A program made the translations under genes and the position numbers. A stretch of DNA of 64,000 nucleotides from positions 1-64,000 of the forward strand of contig CAXGUD010000022.1 of NCBI GenBank assembly GCA_964012805.1. Reading direction: 5' to 3'. The notes beneath the pieces are model-generated. The model had not been told where the DNA came from. It saw only the letters and a program-made list of their open reading frames with translations, and ran no database searches. Below, in pieces: positions 1 through 8,631 of the stretch (position 1 is its first letter; every line of letters starts with the position of its first letter). This stretch comes from an uncultured Bacteriovoracaceae bacterium (GTDB lineage Bacteria; Bdellovibrionota; Bacteriovoracia; Bacteriovoracales; Bacteriovoracaceae).

Positions 1-48
1 AATTATGAGCTCAAAAAAAAGAAACAAATAAAGCGGCATTGGTATCAT
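1..48 (-). CDS. N-terminus of a gene running off the left edge (MIPMPLYLFLFFELII...), possibly a Tad/Flp prepilin peptidase (CpaA/TadV-like)
   Basis: ATG at 48-46 overlaps the TGA of the upstream pilin-like ORF (ATGA coupling). The N-terminus is hydrophobic and the gene follows flp genes. Only 16 codons are visible. Confidence 0.35.
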   Translation of the reverse strand, partial: MIPMPLYLFLFFELII

Positions 49-242
49 TGGACACCATTTATATAACCACTAAAGAAGCATCCTCTACTGCAAACACCTG
101 TACTTAATTGTTGAGTAAGAGCATAGTTTAAAGACCCAATAGAGTCATCAATAACCTCGCCTAGTCCACCGATAATTTTCATTCCAATAAAAGCCATAAT
201 CCCAAAAATCATAATATACTCTACTAAGGCTTGCCCACTCAT
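45..242 (-). CDS. Flp/TadE-like small pilin
   Basis: G|QALVEY class III processing motif followed by a hydrophobic helix; C-terminal CxxxC; adjacent to a canonical Flp. Confidence 0.75.
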   Translation of the reverse strand: MSGQALVEYIMIFGIMAFIGMKIIGGLGEVIDDSIGSLNYALTQQLSTGVCSRGCFFSGYINGVQ

Positions 243-311
243 GATACTAGTCCAAATTATTCAATTACTAATATTTTAATTATCAATTTGAATTATAACT
301 TATGGGAAATT

Positions 312-338
312 TTATCAGCAAGAGGGTCAAAAGTTTGA
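312..338 (-). promoter_or_regulatory. Possible sigma28 (FliA) promoter of the 45..242 pilin
   Basis: Minus strand TCAA-N15-GCTGATAA, one mismatch in each box versus TAAA-N15-GCCGATAA. Confidence 0.45.
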
Positions 339-428
339 CTTTTTTACATCCGAAACTCGAATCTAATAATTATTAAGTTGAGGAATTGATCGAAATCAAG
401 AGGAAGAAATCAAAAAGTGGAACTTTTC

Positions 429-614
429 TTATTCAATTTCATCCACCATACCACCGGCTTTGTCAAAAACCTTATTTATAATTCCTTGAAGTTTTTCAAG
501 AGCTATATCTTTAAACTTGAAAACAATTATTGCCACAACAGCAATCAAAAGAATGTATTCTGTTGATGTCTGGCCCTCTTCATCTTTAAGGTAGTTAACA
601 AACTTTTTATACAT
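429..614 (-). CDS. flp: Flp/Fap type IVc pilin
   Basis: 61 aa; KDEEG|QTSTEY Flp motif plus hydrophobic helix; SD AAGGAG upstream. Confidence 0.92.
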   Translation of the reverse strand: MYKKFVNYLKDEEGQTSTEYILLIAVVAIIVFKFKDIALEKLQGIINKVFDKAGGMVDEIE

Positions 615-640
615 AAAAATGCTCCTTAGGTCTTATGTCC

Positions 641-668
641 CTTTCGGTTCAAGAGCATTCAATCTTTA
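641..668 (-). promoter_or_regulatory. Possible sigma28 promoter of flp
   Basis: Minus strand TAAA-N16-ACCGAAAG, about 25 nt before the start codon. Confidence 0.5.
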
Positions 669-887
669 TACCGAAGAGAAAAAAGTTCTAAGCCTAAGTA
701 AATTATAATATATTTGCTAATTGCACAAAAGACTAATTGAACCAGCTTTTTTAAATAGTATTTATTTAACCATTAATTTTATCTTAATTTTAGGTAGTTA
801 AAGCTCCCAAAAAAATCAGGATAGGGCCTTAATTAAAGATTATTTCTATTCTAAAGGTTCTTATGAATATCTTATGAGGATTCCTTT

Positions 888-896
888 TGTTATAAT
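888..896 (+). promoter_or_regulatory. Extended -10 sigma70 promoter of 6S RNA
   Basis: TGtTATAAT perfect extended -10, 6 nt before the first G (903) of the RNA closing stem. Confidence 0.8.
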
Positions 897-902
897 CAAT
901 GG

Positions 903-1085
903 GGGTTCTGTGCTGGCCTATAGAGTTTCGCCCTACAACACTTTTGTATCGGAGCGATCCCTGACCATGGTGAGCAAGCTCAAACTTTACCTTTTTGATA
1001 AAGTTTTTGAGAAGCCTAAAGTGGTTACTAATTGCTACCACCTGTCAAATGACGGGCGGAACCGAACTTGAGTCAGCCAGAGCCC
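903..1085 (+). ncRNA. ssrS: 6S RNA
   Basis: About 183-nt rod: GGGTTCTG/CAGAGCCC and GCTGGC/GTCAGC closing stem; GTTTCGCCC/GGGCGGAAC; central bubble; GGAGCGAT/ATTGCTACC; TGACCA/TGGTTA; apical CTCAAACTTTA/TAAAGTTTTTGAG. The CCACCTG...CGGG 3'-bubble motif is typical of 6S RNAs. A T-run follows. Confidence 0.88.
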
Positions 1086-1157
1086 TTTTTTCTTTAATTC
1101 CTTCAATTTTTTTATAAGGGACTTGACCAACAATAAGTCCTTGTTGATCATTGAATA

Positions 1158-1688
1158 ATGGAAACTATCACACCCCTACAAAAACTCTCCACAGACTGGG
1201 TTGAACAACTGGCCCTAGAAGAGCTTAATATGGAAGAATCAGGCGTTGTTCATATGAACGAACATCTTGATCCTATTCATTTTCTTGAAGAGTCTTCAAT
1301 TGAGTTTATGAATCAGTTAAGAGAAAGGTGTGAAATCTATGCAATGAAGTTTAATGAGTTTCGAGGGGGGAATAACTCAGGAAACCAAATTAAAATTTTT
1401 AAAATATCAAACACTGTTAATGATTTTATGCTCTTCCGTTGTTCCCTGAGACTTGTTTTCGCTAGAAAAGCCAATGACCTTATTTCAATCGGCTTTCTTA
1501 ACAATGGAAAAGATGTCTATTCCGCTAGATTAAAAGCAAAAGAAAACCCCACACAAAGCCCACATGAAATAAAAGCATTTGTAGGACCATTCATGGATAT
1601 TTCATGGCGGTTTCAAGGTGAGTTGGTTAACTTAGACGCTTTAGTTAGGCACTATCTTTCTGAATTCATAAGGCAATCTGCTCGTTAG
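1158..1688 (+). CDS. Hypothetical protein (176 aa)
   Basis: Long ORF with globular-protein composition; no motif recognised. Confidence 0.75.
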   Translation: METITPLQKLSTDWVEQLALEELNMEESGVVHMNEHLDPIHFLEESSIEFMNQLRERCEIYAMKFNEFRGGNNSGNQIKIFKISNTVNDFMLFRCSLRLVFARKANDLISIGFLNNGKDVYSARLKAKENPTQSPHEIKAFVGPFMDISWRFQGELVNLDALVRHYLSEFIRQSAR

Positions 1689-1701
1689 AGTAGGGCAACC
1701 T

Positions 1702-2709
1702 CTATATATAAGTTATAGCACCACCCTTTTTTGATTTTTTTGAAGACTCTGACTGAGAAAGCCTAAACCTTTTTTTAGTAAATTCTAAAGATTCTCTAAT
1801 CGACGGAAGTTTTATATTTAAAAAACTTTCCATATTTGAAAGATCCATTTCAAAGCGCATTTCTTCAAGAAGACTCATTTCTATATAATTCAATAATGGA
1901 AAATGCCACTTTCCTTTTGTTATCGATGAATCAGAGTGAGAAAAGACTTCAGAGTAAAGTTTTACGAACTCATAATGAGTCATTAAGTCAATACTGCTTA
2001 CTTGAAAAACCCTATTTCTAACCATATTTTCAAAACATAACTTTATTAAAAACCCCAGATAATAGATATCTAAAAAACCAATTTTTACATGGTTATCCCA
2101 TTGAAGACTTTTTCCTTGATAAATTGAGTTTTCTAATTTCTCAAACCAATTTGATTTTTTTTTGTTAATTCCACGGCCATAGAAATTACAACATCGAAAA
2201 ACCATGTAATCTAATGAGGTTTTTTGGACAAAAAACTCTGCAGTGGCTTTTGTTTTTCCATATAGAGATGCAGAATCTGGTATATCAGTTTCAATATACT
2301 TTCTATTAGCTCCCCCAAAAACATAGCATGAAGATATATAACATATTTGTGATTTATAACGCTGACAAAATTCAGTCACATTAAATAAGCCACCACTATT
2401 TAATGCGTCTGCATACTCTACATTTTCATCACAAGCTGTAACAGAGCTCAAACCTGCAGAATAAATTGTTAAGTCTGGACGAAATGTATAAAGGGCCATT
2501 TGAACATCATCTTTTTTTAAAACATCACATGGAAATGTAACAACTCCATCAATATAAACGGGATTACTAAAGTATGTTCCAACAACTTTAAAATCTTTTT
2601 TCAATACTTCTGCTAAATTTGACCCAACAAAAGAAGAAATTCCAAAAATAAGTACAACTTTTTGACTGGAAGAATTATTCAAATCAAATGAAATTTTCTC
2701 GATACCCAT
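1702..2709 (-). CDS. RmlD-like NAD(P)-dependent sugar-nucleotide reductase (extended SDR)
   Basis: GISSFVG Rossmann motif, YISSCYVF, catalytic YGKTK (YxxxK). Confidence 0.85.
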   Translation of the reverse strand: MGIEKISFDLNNSSSQKVVLIFGISSFVGSNLAEVLKKDFKVVGTYFSNPVYIDGVVTFPCDVLKKDDVQMALYTFRPDLTIYSAGLSSVTACDENVEYADALNSGGLFNVTEFCQRYKSQICYISSCYVFGGANRKYIETDIPDSASLYGKTKATAEFFVQKTSLDYMVFRCCNFYGRGINKKKSNWFEKLENSIYQGKSLQWDNHVKIGFLDIYYLGFLIKLCFENMVRNRVFQVSSIDLMTHYEFVKLYSEVFSHSDSSITKGKWHFPLLNYIEMSLLEEMRFEMDLSNMESFLNIKLPSIRESLEFTKKRFRLSQSESSKKSKKGGAITYI

Positions 2710-2726
2710 CTTTTTGATCTCTTTTT

Positions 2727-2765
2727 AAAAAAAGAAACCCTTGCTTCATTCGAAGCAAAGGGTCT
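2727..2765 (-). terminator. Intrinsic terminator after the flagellin genes
   Basis: Minus strand ACCCTTTGCTTC-GAAT-GAAGCAAGGGT followed by TTCTTTTTTT. Confidence 0.8.
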
Positions 2766-2776
2766 ACTTCATAACC

Positions 2777-3610
2777 TTATCCTATCAATTTAAGCGCAAT
2801 GTTCGGGTACTGATTAGCCTGAGTCAGAACGGAAGTACCAGATTGGAGTAAAATGTTGTTTTTTGTTAAAGAAGCAGTTTCTTCAGCAATATCAACATCT
2901 CTAATCCTTGAATTTGCAGCACTTAAGTTCTCATCGCTAATACCTAAATTATTAATAATCGATGTTAACCTATTTTGTAATGCACCCAAATTCGCTCTGA
3001 CACCGTTCACCTGTATCAGACTGTTGTCTAGTTTCTTCAGAGAAACCTGTGCTCCTTGCTTAGAACTAACCGTCTCAGCAGTTAACCCTAAAGCAGCCAA
3101 GGTAGCGTCTGCAGAAGTTCCATCATAACGAATTCTATCCAAAATAGGATCATTATGGACACCAATTTGAAATTCAAGTTGTCCGCCAGTCCCATCAAGG
3201 AGGTGAATACTGTTAAATTCTGAGGAACGCGAGATACGGTCAATTTCTTCTTTAAGTTGTTGAAACTCAATATCAGAAAATCCCCTTTCTGTATCTCCAA
3301 TCGTGTCTGAAGCAGCTTGGACAGCAAGTTCTCGTAACCTAATGATAATGTTTGATATCTCACTAAGTCCTCCTTCAGCTGTTTGTATAAGAGAAATTGC
3401 ATCATTTGCATTTCTCTTAGACTGCCTAGATGATCTAATCTGCGACTTTAAGTTTTCACTGATTGCTAAACCAGCAGCATCATCACTTGCTCTTGTAACT
3501 CGTTCACCAGAAGACATCTTCCTAATATTGTCATTTAGATGCCTTGTTGTGTTCCCTAAAGCTCTTTGAGCAGATAAAGAAGCTACGTTCGTGTTTATTC
3601 TTAAACCCAT
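2777..3610 (-). CDS. fliC: Flagellin (short, 277 aa)
   Basis: MGLRINTNVASL, SSGERVTRASDDAAGLAISE, RANLGALQNRL, SRIRDVDIAEE conserved termini. Confidence 0.97.
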   Translation of the reverse strand: MGLRINTNVASLSAQRALGNTTRHLNDNIRKMSSGERVTRASDDAAGLAISENLKSQIRSSRQSKRNANDAISLIQTAEGGLSEISNIIIRLRELAVQAASDTIGDTERGFSDIEFQQLKEEIDRISRSSEFNSIHLLDGTGGQLEFQIGVHNDPILDRIRYDGTSADATLAALGLTAETVSSKQGAQVSLKKLDNSLIQVNGVRANLGALQNRLTSIINNLGISDENLSAANSRIRDVDIAEETASLTKNNILLQSGTSVLTQANQYPNIALKLIG

Positions 3611-3634
3611 AACCTAATCTCCCTTCTTCATTAA

Positions 3635-3666
3635 TTACCTCCTGTAAAAAAGTGAGCATCCTGCCC
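3635..3666 (-). promoter_or_regulatory. Two GGA-loop hairpins (CsrA-type sites) in the flagellin leader
   Basis: mRNA GGGCA-GGA-UGCUC and UUAC-AGGAG-GUAA. Confidence 0.55.
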
Positions 3667-3808
3667 AATATTGTTAATATTAAATTTTTTTTACCATAAG
3701 ACGGATAAGGTCATATGGAATATTAGCCAACAATTAGTGTTTGCAGGCGCACCAATTGCTTATCCCCTTCATTGGGTATAGTAAAAACCTAAATCAAACT
3801 CAAAGCTA

Positions 3809-4657
3809 TTACATCTGAGAAGCAGCATTAATGAGTTGTAGTGCATTTCTCGAAGATGTATTAGCCTGTGCTAAAACAGAAGTACCAGCTTGGACTAAAA
3901 TATTAGACCTGGTTAACTCAGCTGTTTCTTTAGCAATATCTGCATCTCTTACTCGAGAATTAGCAGCAGATAAGTTTTCAATACTGACTTGTATATTGTT
4001 TATTGTTGACTGCAATCTATTTTGAAGAGCACCAAAATCTGCTCTAATTGCGGAAACAGATACAATCGCCTGATCAATAGAAGATAAAGAGTTTTGAGAA
4101 GAAATTTTATCTGCAACAGAAGCTAGGTTTAAACCAAGAGCTGCCACGTTAACATCAGCACTGGAAGCATCAAAGGTTAGTCTATCACTTATTGGATCAT
4201 TTCTAGTTCCAATTTGTATATCAAAAACTGCACCTGTACCATTTAGAAGTGGTACTCTGTTGAATTCTGTAGAGTTGGCAATCCTATCAATTTCCGAAGT
4301 TAATTGCTCAAATTCAACATTAAGAAACTTTCTTTCAGTTCTTCCAATCGTATCTGAAGCAGCCTGAACAGAGAGCTCTCTGAGTCTAATTAAAATATTT
4401 GAAATTTCCGCTAGAGCGCCTTCCGCAATTTGAACCAGTGACACCCCGTCTTCTGCGTTTCTTTCAGCCTGACCTAAACCTCTAATCTGTGCCTTTAGGT
4501 TTTCACTGATCGCTAGACCGGCAGCATCATCACCTGCTCTATTGATTCTTTCACCGGAGGAGAGTTTTTCCAATGTCCTGCTAAGTTCAAACCTGGTTTT
4601 ACCCAAGTTACGGCGAGCATTAAGAGAGGCTACATTGGTATTAATCCTAAGTCCCAC
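3809..4657 (-). CDS. fliC: Flagellin (short, 282 aa, GTG start)
   Basis: Conserved flagellin N- and C-terminal motifs; SD AAGGAGG. Confidence 0.97.
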   Translation of the reverse strand: MGLRINTNVASLNARRNLGKTRFELSRTLEKLSSGERINRAGDDAAGLAISENLKAQIRGLGQAERNAEDGVSLVQIAEGALAEISNILIRLRELSVQAASDTIGRTERKFLNVEFEQLTSEIDRIANSTEFNRVPLLNGTGAVFDIQIGTRNDPISDRLTFDASSADVNVAALGLNLASVADKISSQNSLSSIDQAIVSVSAIRADFGALQNRLQSTINNIQVSIENLSAANSRVRDADIAKETAELTRSNILVQAGTSVLAQANTSSRNALQLINAASQM

Positions 4658-4748
4658 GACATCCTCCTTGATTTGATGGGCCAGACAAGATTTCTTCTCG
4701 TCAGGGGATTTGCTTCAAAAACGAAAGTGTCTTTCGCTTCCAGAACTA

Positions 4749-4775
4749 ATATCGACTGTAAAAAAAAAAAGTTTA
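4749..4775 (-). promoter_or_regulatory. sigma28 (FliA) promoter of flagellin, with a T11 tract in the spacer
   Basis: TAAA-(C T11 ACA, 15 nt)-GTCGATAT about 90 nt upstream of the flagellin start. Confidence 0.85.
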
Positions 4776-4854
4776 GGGCTTGGAGTCCTTTTTCTTTTTT
4801 TTTAAAAAAAGGAAATCTTTTCCTATCAAAATTAATTCCATCATTATTATTAAA

Positions 4855-5904
4855 ATGAATCTCATGATTATTACCAACTTAAATGAAAAGCCTGAACTTT
4901 TTGAACAAACACTCAATCTTATAGAAGATTCTCTTGGTTATTTCGAACCATACCGCTATGATATCGACTTTCATCCCTTGATGGAAAAAATGAACTGGAA
5001 AAATAATTATGTTATTTACGACTCTAAAAATAAAACTGTTGTAAGTCATATTGGTGTAAATATAAGAACTTTGAAAAATAATAATATGACATCTCCTATT
5101 GCTCTACTAGGAGGTATAAGTGTTCATAAAGATTTTCGTGGTCAAGGTTTATTTAAAAGACTTATGGAGCACGTTTTTAAAAAGTTTGAAAAAAAAGTAA
5201 GCCTTTTTATTTTATGGAGTGATTTAAAAGAGCTGTATAATAAATTCAATTTCTATGAAGCTGGCCTCGTATTTCAAACAGGAAGCATGAATTTATCAGA
5301 AAACAAATCAATAGAACTTTTTTTTGAAAAAACAAGATTAACCGATTTGAGTCAATCAGATATAAAAGAATTGAAAAAAATTTACGAATCCTACTCAGAA
5401 GAAAACCTTACTTATATTGTAAGAAATGATGACCATTGGTCTATGCTTAAAAATATCACCTCCTGTGATCTATACTTATTTAAGAAAGAAGAAAAAATTC
5501 AAGGTTATTTTTTTGCAAACAAAGGGTTGGATCTTCAAAATATAATTCATGAGATAGGTATAAAAAAGGAGTTTAAAAAAGAATTTTTAGATTATATATC
5601 TCCGTATAAGGTTTGGTTACCTGAAAAATTGCCTTATAAAGATCATTTTTCCAAAAATACATTCCTTGCCTTTTTCAAAGTGGGGTCGGTAAAACTTTTT
5701 AAAAGTTTTGTCTACAACCTGTCTAATAAAAATATTTTAGTTGAAAAAGTTTCCCCAGAGTTCATTATCTACCATGAAAGGGGTGTCCAAAAAAAAGAGA
5801 CGATAGAATATTTTCTAAATTACTTATTCAATCATAAAAAAGCTGATTTTGAGAATAATTTGACCTCTTACCCAATTTACTTCTCAGGTCTTGAGAGTAT
5901 CTGA
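4855..5904 (+). CDS. GNAT (Eis-like) N-acetyltransferase
   Basis: ISVHKDFRGQGLFKRLM acetyl-CoA motif A and LYNKFNF. The likely start is ATG 4855 or 4864 rather than TTG 4780. Confidence 0.85.
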   Translation: MNLMIITNLNEKPELFEQTLNLIEDSLGYFEPYRYDIDFHPLMEKMNWKNNYVIYDSKNKTVVSHIGVNIRTLKNNNMTSPIALLGGISVHKDFRGQGLFKRLMEHVFKKFEKKVSLFILWSDLKELYNKFNFYEAGLVFQTGSMNLSENKSIELFFEKTRLTDLSQSDIKELKKIYESYSEENLTYIVRNDDHWSMLKNITSCDLYLFKKEEKIQGYFFANKGLDLQNIIHEIGIKKEFKKEFLDYISPYKVWLPEKLPYKDHFSKNTFLAFFKVGSVKLFKSFVYNLSNKNILVEKVSPEFIIYHERGVQKKETIEYFLNYLFNHKKADFENNLTSYPIYFSGLESI

Positions 5905-5912
5905 GCTATACT

Positions 5913-7622
5913 TTATTTAAGAGAAAACCCTCTTATTAGAAAAATCAAAGCCAAGACCCAGAATGACCAAGATAAAAATGAAACATCCTTGAAGTTTTTT
6001 AAACTCTCTGTATCACTAATCAGAACGCCGCAGAAAAACAATGAGGATGCTAAAAGAGAGTAACCTAAAAAAAATACTCCATTAGTTAATTTTTTGAATT
6101 GTAATTCATAACCTCTATTTACTAATTCTATTGCATATTTTTTCTTAGAAGCCTCTTTCAAAAACCATTTTAAGTGTCGAGGAATAACTTTCATTGCAGA
6201 TAAAAAATCCCTCCCTGACCAAACAGTTTCCTCCAAAAGAGAATCTTTCGTAATTGTTTCTTTAACAATATTTCTAATATCTTCACTTAAAATTGAAAAT
6301 AAATCTAAATCCATACCTATCGACTTTCCGACACCATCCAAAGTCATGAGGGCCCTAAAAACAATAAACCATTCCGTTGGTAAAAATATTTCATGCTTGT
6401 TTAAGGTTGAAATTATAGACTTTAAAACTTGAGAAAAATTTGTCTGTGAAACAGTCAATCCTACAAAAGGGGTTAACGCTTCCCGAACATCGTTAATTAA
6501 AACATCAACATCAGGAATTTTATCGTATGAAGCGACATCTAAGAATTCATAAACCAAGTTTTCATAATTAAAAGTAAGAAGACTATAAATAATAGCGATA
6601 AAATTCTCTCTACTTTTTCTGGCTAAATTACCAACAAGACCAAAGTCTATTAAACCTATTCGCTTACCCTCTAATAAAAAAAAGTTTCCCCCATGTAGAT
6701 CAGCATGAAAAAAGCCCTCTTGCAAAAAGCTCTTTATAAAGATCTTAACCCCTGACTCTAAACAATCTAAAACATTTTCATTTTCTCTTTTTATTTTTGG
6801 AATGTCAGTGAACGGGACTCCATCTAATTTATCCATTACAATAATGTTTTCTCTAAGAAGGTCCTTATAAACTCTGGGAATTACAAATAATCCATCAGGA
6901 TCATGTTTTGAAATTGTGGTCTTTATTCTTTCAGTATTTAAAGCTTCAATATTGAAGTTCAATTCATTTTGTAGTCTGATAGAAAAGTCTTTTAGAATCC
7001 TTGAGATGCCTAGATACTTTATTTCTTCGCTTGCTTTTTCTGCTTGCAATATTAAAAACATCATAATTGAAAAGTCAGTTTCAATATCTTGTACAATTTC
7101 TGGTCTTCTTATTTTTACAACAACGCTCTCTCCACTTAAAAGTTTCGCCTGGTAAACAACTCCAATAGAAGCCTTTCCTATTGGTTCTACATCGAATGTT
7201 TTAAAAACATCTTCTATTTTATTTCCTAAAGAGCTCTCAATTGTCTTTTTAGCTTCCTCAAATGGGATTCCTTTAACCTGATCCCTAAGTATTTTCATTT
7301 CGTCTATAAAAGAAGAATCAAAGATATCTTCTCTTGTGCTTAAAAGTTGCCCTAACTTTATGAACGTTGGCCCTAGCTCTTGAAAACAAAGTCTAAGTCT
7401 ATAGCCTAAAGTCTTTCCCCAGTCCCTTTCATGCTTGGAAGACAATTCTTCCCTAATTTTTATTTTTGATTTCGGCAAAACAAAGTTAGGGACTTTTGAC
7501 ATAACTCCTGAAGAAACAAACTCATCAAAACCATTTTTCGCAAAAATGATGGCTATTTCCTTTAATCTTGCTACATTTTTTATAGTTCTGCTTAATCTCA
7601 CCGTAGTTTTTATCAAACCCAT
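5913..7622 (-). CDS. UbiB/ABC1 (AarF) atypical kinase family protein
   Basis: LGPTFIKLGQ, ASIGVVY, VVVKIRRP, FFHADLHGGN, IDFG; C-terminal TM helices. ATG 7622 has a GGAAGG SD. Confidence 0.92.
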   Translation of the reverse strand: MGLIKTTVRLSRTIKNVARLKEIAIIFAKNGFDEFVSSGVMSKVPNFVLPKSKIKIREELSSKHERDWGKTLGYRLRLCFQELGPTFIKLGQLLSTREDIFDSSFIDEMKILRDQVKGIPFEEAKKTIESSLGNKIEDVFKTFDVEPIGKASIGVVYQAKLLSGESVVVKIRRPEIVQDIETDFSIMMFLILQAEKASEEIKYLGISRILKDFSIRLQNELNFNIEALNTERIKTTISKHDPDGLFVIPRVYKDLLRENIIVMDKLDGVPFTDIPKIKRENENVLDCLESGVKIFIKSFLQEGFFHADLHGGNFFLLEGKRIGLIDFGLVGNLARKSRENFIAIIYSLLTFNYENLVYEFLDVASYDKIPDVDVLINDVREALTPFVGLTVSQTNFSQVLKSIISTLNKHEIFLPTEWFIVFRALMTLDGVGKSIGMDLDLFSILSEDIRNIVKETITKDSLLEETVWSGRDFLSAMKVIPRHLKWFLKEASKKKYAIELVNRGYELQFKKLTNGVFFLGYSLLASSLFFCGVLISDTESLKNFKDVSFLSWSFWVLALIFLIRGFSLK

Positions 7623-7790
7623 AGTTCCTTCCAAAAAAAGGCTTTCTTTTTACATACTTATCGTCAAAAGCTTATAAATATCAAGTTATTCAAATAAAAC
7701 AACAATGCGCAGAATCAAGTATTCCCAGTTTTTCTAAAAAATGATAAGTGATACTTTTGCATATGTATTACGATTTGGGACCGAACTTAA

Positions 7791-8306
7791 ATGACGCTAA
7801 CTAAAAAAATTTTTCTTATACTCCTTGCAGCCTGCGCAGTGAGTTCAACGGCTTACTCAAACCCAGAAATTTGCAGCCGAGTCGCTCTAATCAACTACCA
7901 AGAAGTTTTAGTCGACCTTAGTTCTTCTCAAAAAGGCGAAGGTCTGAGGTACTATCTAGAAAAAGACAAGGTTTCAAAAACGCTCCTTGATAAGTACCAA
8001 AAAGAAGGTCAGATTAATTGGAAAACCACATTTATAGGTAGTGCTGGAACGTTAACCCTTCTCAGTAGCCTATTCTTAAATACTGATAAAAATACTAAAA
8101 AAACCCTTAGATTTAGTGGAGCTTTTCTCCTTATTATTAATTTCTTACTTGCTAATTCTTATGAGAAAAATAATGAAGTTTTTTTAAGAAAAGCAGTCGA
8201 AGAATATAACAAAAGAAATTTACCAAAGATTGAATTTCCCTCAGTAACTAAAAAAGATAATTGTTGCAGCCCAAATTTAATTGTTGGAAAAACTTGGAGT
8301 TTTTAA
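7791..8306 (+). CDS. Hypothetical exported/membrane protein
   Basis: N-terminal signal peptide and two hydrophobic segments. Confidence 0.7.
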   Translation: MTLTKKIFLILLAACAVSSTAYSNPEICSRVALINYQEVLVDLSSSQKGEGLRYYLEKDKVSKTLLDKYQKEGQINWKTTFIGSAGTLTLLSSLFLNTDKNTKKTLRFSGAFLLIINFLLANSYEKNNEVFLRKAVEEYNKRNLPKIEFPSVTKKDNCCSPNLIVGKTWSF

Positions 8307-8612
8307 ATGCCTGTTGATTTAAATGGAAAGGTTAAATGTTATAAATGTCACAATATTATTGATCATGCCCCTGGTGATAAAATTTACAGGGATGAGGAAT
8401 GCGAACACTGCGGAGCATCAATAAGAACTTGTAAAATGTGTCGTTTTTACGCCCCCGAAGTTTATAATGAATGTAAAGAACCAAGTGCTCAAAAGGTTCC
8501 AGAAAAAGAGAAACCTAATTATTGTGATTACTTTTTTATAACTGGGACAAATGTAGAAAAAGACGATAAAGACCAACTTCTAAAAGCAGCAGATGCTCTT
8601 TTTAAAAAATAA
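8307..8612 (+). CDS. Small Cys-rich, putative Zn-binding protein
   Basis: Three CxxC plus two further Cys; abuts the previous stop codon. Confidence 0.75.
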   Translation: MPVDLNGKVKCYKCHNIIDHAPGDKIYRDEECEHCGASIRTCKMCRFYAPEVYNECKEPSAQKVPEKEKPNYCDYFFITGTNVEKDDKDQLLKAADALFKK

Positions 8613-8631
8613 AAAAGTTAAAGGAAAAGTA

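Noticed and set aside
829..1071. ORFs 829..1041 (-) and 874..1071 (+)
   Set aside because: They overlap the 6S RNA and its promoter and have no protein motifs; the RNA structure explains the region.
4658..4748. c-di-GMP riboswitch in the first flagellin leader
   Set aside because: Two hairpins are present, but the class I (GEMM) and class II consensus elements could not be matched.
4673..4858. ORF 4673..4858 and the TTG 4780 extension of the GNAT
   Set aside because: They run through promoter homopolymer tracts and give low-complexity F/K translations.
7658..7684. sigma28 promoter for the UbiB/ABC1 gene (GACGATAA)
   Set aside because: The -10 is good but the -35 position reads TTGA, so it is too weak to call. 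The same applies to GACGATAT at 18034.
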